Positions 60,901-64,000 of a DNA stretch of 64,000 nucleotides are shown here, piece by piece. Below the pieces are notes generated by a model. The model did no database searches and had not been told where the DNA came from. It saw nothing but the letters and a program-made list of their open reading frames with translations. Origin of the DNA: Marsupella aquatica (taxonomy: Eukaryota > Plantae > Marchantiophyta); NCBI GenBank assembly GCA_973895155.1, contig OZ316895.1, positions 2,281,659 through 2,345,658 of the forward strand, in the 5' to 3' direction. Position 1 is the stretch's first letter, and every line of letters begins with the position of its first letter. The position numbers and the translations under genes were made by a program.

Positions 60901-63900
60901 TCACCTGAAGAGCATCCACATAATTCCTTCCTCCACTAACTGTTTCCAGACTGCGAGACCAGATCTCTGCAGCTTTCTCAATGTTCCCGGAGCAGATATA
61001 ACAGAGAGTAGCTGAATGAGTATCATTTGCAGCATCTAGTCTGGCGGCCAAAGCATCTGATAGCACTGTCCAATCTTCACTGCGAGCATACTGCAAATCA
61101 CCAGATTCTGTTAGGTTAATCAGTGTGACTATCCGTGTGTATTACTAATTCATGTGTAAAAATATCACTACTCACTTCTGACTCAGCAGAAACTGATGGA
61201 ACAACTAGCATCGACGACCTGAGTACGAACCTTACCCACAACCAGTCCCAAGAAAAGGATGTAACTATTGACCTGCGCTCTACTCTCAGGAAGAAAACTA
61301 ACTTCGATTTCAAACTAGCTTTCCTCATACCTGCTCCAGACAGTGACGAATCATGTAGAGACACATACCGTGCAAAGCAAAGCGAGAGTCTCTTTCCAGG
61401 CCGTCAACGGCCTGTTCTCAACAAGACTTCTCAAGTCATTATTGACCACAGCAGACAAAATCTGAAAAACAAGACAGGAGGGACGGTGAGCGAACTGACA
61501 AGGGACGCTGTGATAGCAGGACAAACTAGTATACGTACTGCAGAACACTATCGCTGATAACATAACCAGTTCACTTCAAGTTCCAACGTCGGAAGAAGTA
61601 TACACGTGTTCAATACATACATTCGAAAAACAACTCTTCAAAATAACACCAAATTTCTTTCCTCAACGAGGCCAGGAGATGAAAAGACTACCTTCAGGTA
61701 AGGTCGAGCAGTTTTCTTGATATAATTCTCTTGAGTTGCTTCCCACAGGGTGGAACCTCCAACATAGGCCAGAATCAGAGCATCGGCTATCCTGTTTGAA
61801 GCAAGACAGTGCTGCACAGCTGTTTTGAAATCACCAACAACTAGTGCTCGCTGAACAGCTTCTTCGGTTTCACCTCCTTCTCCTTCCCCTTCCCCTTCAA
61901 ATCCATGCTCAGTACTAACATCTCCATCATTGGCATTTGGTTCCAGAGTCAACTCTTCTAACCTTTCCACAGGATACGCAGGTGTTTTCGGAGTTTGAAT
62001 ATTGTCAAAAAAGTCCTCCTCTCCTCCCAAACTGGGAGTGTTCGTCTCCAAAGGACTCAGTTGAGGTACACTACTTTCAGGGATTCCCTCCACCGAAGAC
62101 TGAGCTGGCTCTGCTTCTTCACTTTCGACTCTCTCTTCACTCTCTTGTGTCTCACTCTCTGTGGGTAAGACGTCAAAATTTAGGTGTGTCAGAAGCTTCC
62201 GTCTAGCATCGTCATCAAACATCACCTTCAGGAAACTCCAAGTCTCTTTGTCCTCCTCACTCCTGAAACATCCCACAGGATTTGGCAAATTCACAGGTAA
62301 GGGACATGATACGAGGCAACGAAACGATTCGGAGAGTGTCTATCTTCCTCAGACCTCATGTGGACTAAAGTAGATGTTCGTGATGGCCATATTCTTGAAA
62401 TTATAAACACCATGGAAACATTCAGAGGAGAATGTTCTTACCCAGCCTTTTCAGCTTTGCTTTCACAGAAACCCCGCAAAACTGGCTTCTCACCGCCTGC
62501 TATTGAAGTTTCGAATTCAGTGGATTTCTCCACAAGCTCTTCCTCAGTCACAAGGCTATGCAAAGTAATCTGTATCAACCAGCCCATCACATTATATGTT
62601 AGAACTTAAACAAGACCTAAAGCTAAAGAAAGGTGCACAATCAAATGACTGAGACTTCTTGCAGTGTCTCATAGACTACTACCTCCGATAACGAGACGCC
62701 AGCCACTCCAGGACCCCCCTTCTTGGTTCCAAACGTCACGAGTTTTCCGCCGAATCCAAAACTTACACCAACCGGTCTCTTCAACCACTTTGGAGCCCTT
62801 TTCAAATCTGCAATGCACGCGGACGGTGAATACCCCTCTAATAACTTACAAAGAGTAACGCCCGGTATCAACGAATTATTCCTTTCTTTCAGTTCATCCA
62901 CAGAACTGCTTTTGAATTCTCTTTAAACACAAGAAAGTAGGCCTGTCCAGGAGACGCTTCTATCCCACATTATGCGATGCTGAAAGCTGTCCATGAGAGA
63001 TTTCACCCTTGTCAAGCTTGGTTTGGTTTTCCCAGTCATTCAGTGAGTTCCTTGCAGCTGTTAAGGTGAAACGTGGTAACTGAATTCTCCCTCCCATTGT
63101 GAACCCTCTATTTTGTATTCCAGTAGACTCGAAGGTGTGCAAGCCCTCAACTAGTGCGTCATCTCCTCCAAAGGATGCAGGTAGTTATTTGATAAAGGCC
63201 TAAGGAGAGATGTTTGTGACTCAGATTCAGCCTGTCCTTTCAAGAATTCTTGCAGTCACTTGATCATCTCTAACCGTGTACTACGAGTCAGGGAGCGAGT
63301 AAAGAGGGATTAAAATGATCCGTGCTTTCCCGGAATTTCCTATAAAGTTCTAGCATAAAGATTGAAATCGTAGCAACCTTCCTGTGTAATGTGCCTTCTA
63401 CATTACAGTTTCCCATCTGCAATACATTAAATTCCTTGAGCTGAGTTAAGTCATGGTAAAGAAAGACTGCTTATCTAGGGTGCTTCAGTTAATGTTCCTA
63501 GGAATATATTCCAGTTTTTAGTTTATCATCACAAATATGGTGCAATGCTCCAGAATTAGAACTCACCTGAATCCATCCCTTTCAGCTCTCGGCCAAAGCT
63601 CATCTCATTTGATGGCGTCCGGCTACAGGCCTGAACTGGGGCCAGACCATAACAAAGGATGACAGTGTGTGTTAAACATTTGGTGAGACAAGCAAAGCAA
63701 CTGACAACCGAATGCAAGGCTTGCTTTCCCAGTAAAGAAGAGCCTGACAGATAGAACTAATAACCATGACTGGAGTTTCATACTTGACTTCATACCTCAA
63801 TATTATAAATTGAGATATTTCCATCAAATGACGACGTTGACAAGACACCAGGTGTGCGAGGCGACCATTGGACATCAAAATTCCAATTATTGCTCGCCGG

Positions 63901-63914
63901 AAGCTCATAAAGAA
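57925..63914 (-). CDS. SEC31: SEC31 (COPII outer-coat WD40 protein), multi-exon; 5' part beyond the window end
   Basis: Exons encode [126 protein letters not shown]. Stop TAA at 57927-57925. Confidence 0.93.
58844..59059 (-). repeat. 27-bp coding repeat x8 (Q[PS][FY]T[PS]GVPS) in the SEC31 proline-rich region
   Basis: Directly visible in the 58544..59248 translation, followed by 2-3 degenerate units. Confidence 0.9.
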
Positions 63915-64000
63915 CCTGCAGCCAGCATAATTATTAGTTTTGTTTGGCGGTACCACAACTATACGACCTCAGTCAATACACGCCACTCACATCACAAGGA

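Overview
Eukaryotic nuclear DNA from a non-seed land plant, most likely a bryophyte (inferred from GT-AG introns, moss/liverwort-style PLS-DYW PPR repeats, and CYP74, ASR and CIPK genes; species not determinable). Host genes: a two-exon ASR (ABA/WDS) gene with upstream ABRE motifs, a 10-exon cereblon homologue, a very long PLS-DYW RNA-editing PPR gene built from near-identical 303-bp units (with a likely 5' exon missed by the ORF track), an intronless CIPK (probable retrocopy), a truncated CYP74/AOS pseudogene, a plastid amidophosphoribosyltransferase and the 3' part of SEC31. Mobile DNA: an uninterrupted CRE-like RT-RLE non-LTR retrotransposon running in from the left edge, a solo LTR with a perfect 5-bp TSD, two tRNA-like repeat copies, a nested TIR element, a degenerate LINE-like tract and a complete PIF/Harbinger element (15-bp TIRs, TTA TSD) with an unexplained third ORF. 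No CRISPR array or prokaryotic system is supported. The best leads are the homogenised PPR array, the three-ORF Harbinger and the CRE element. All calls come from motif recognition by eye; no searches were run.
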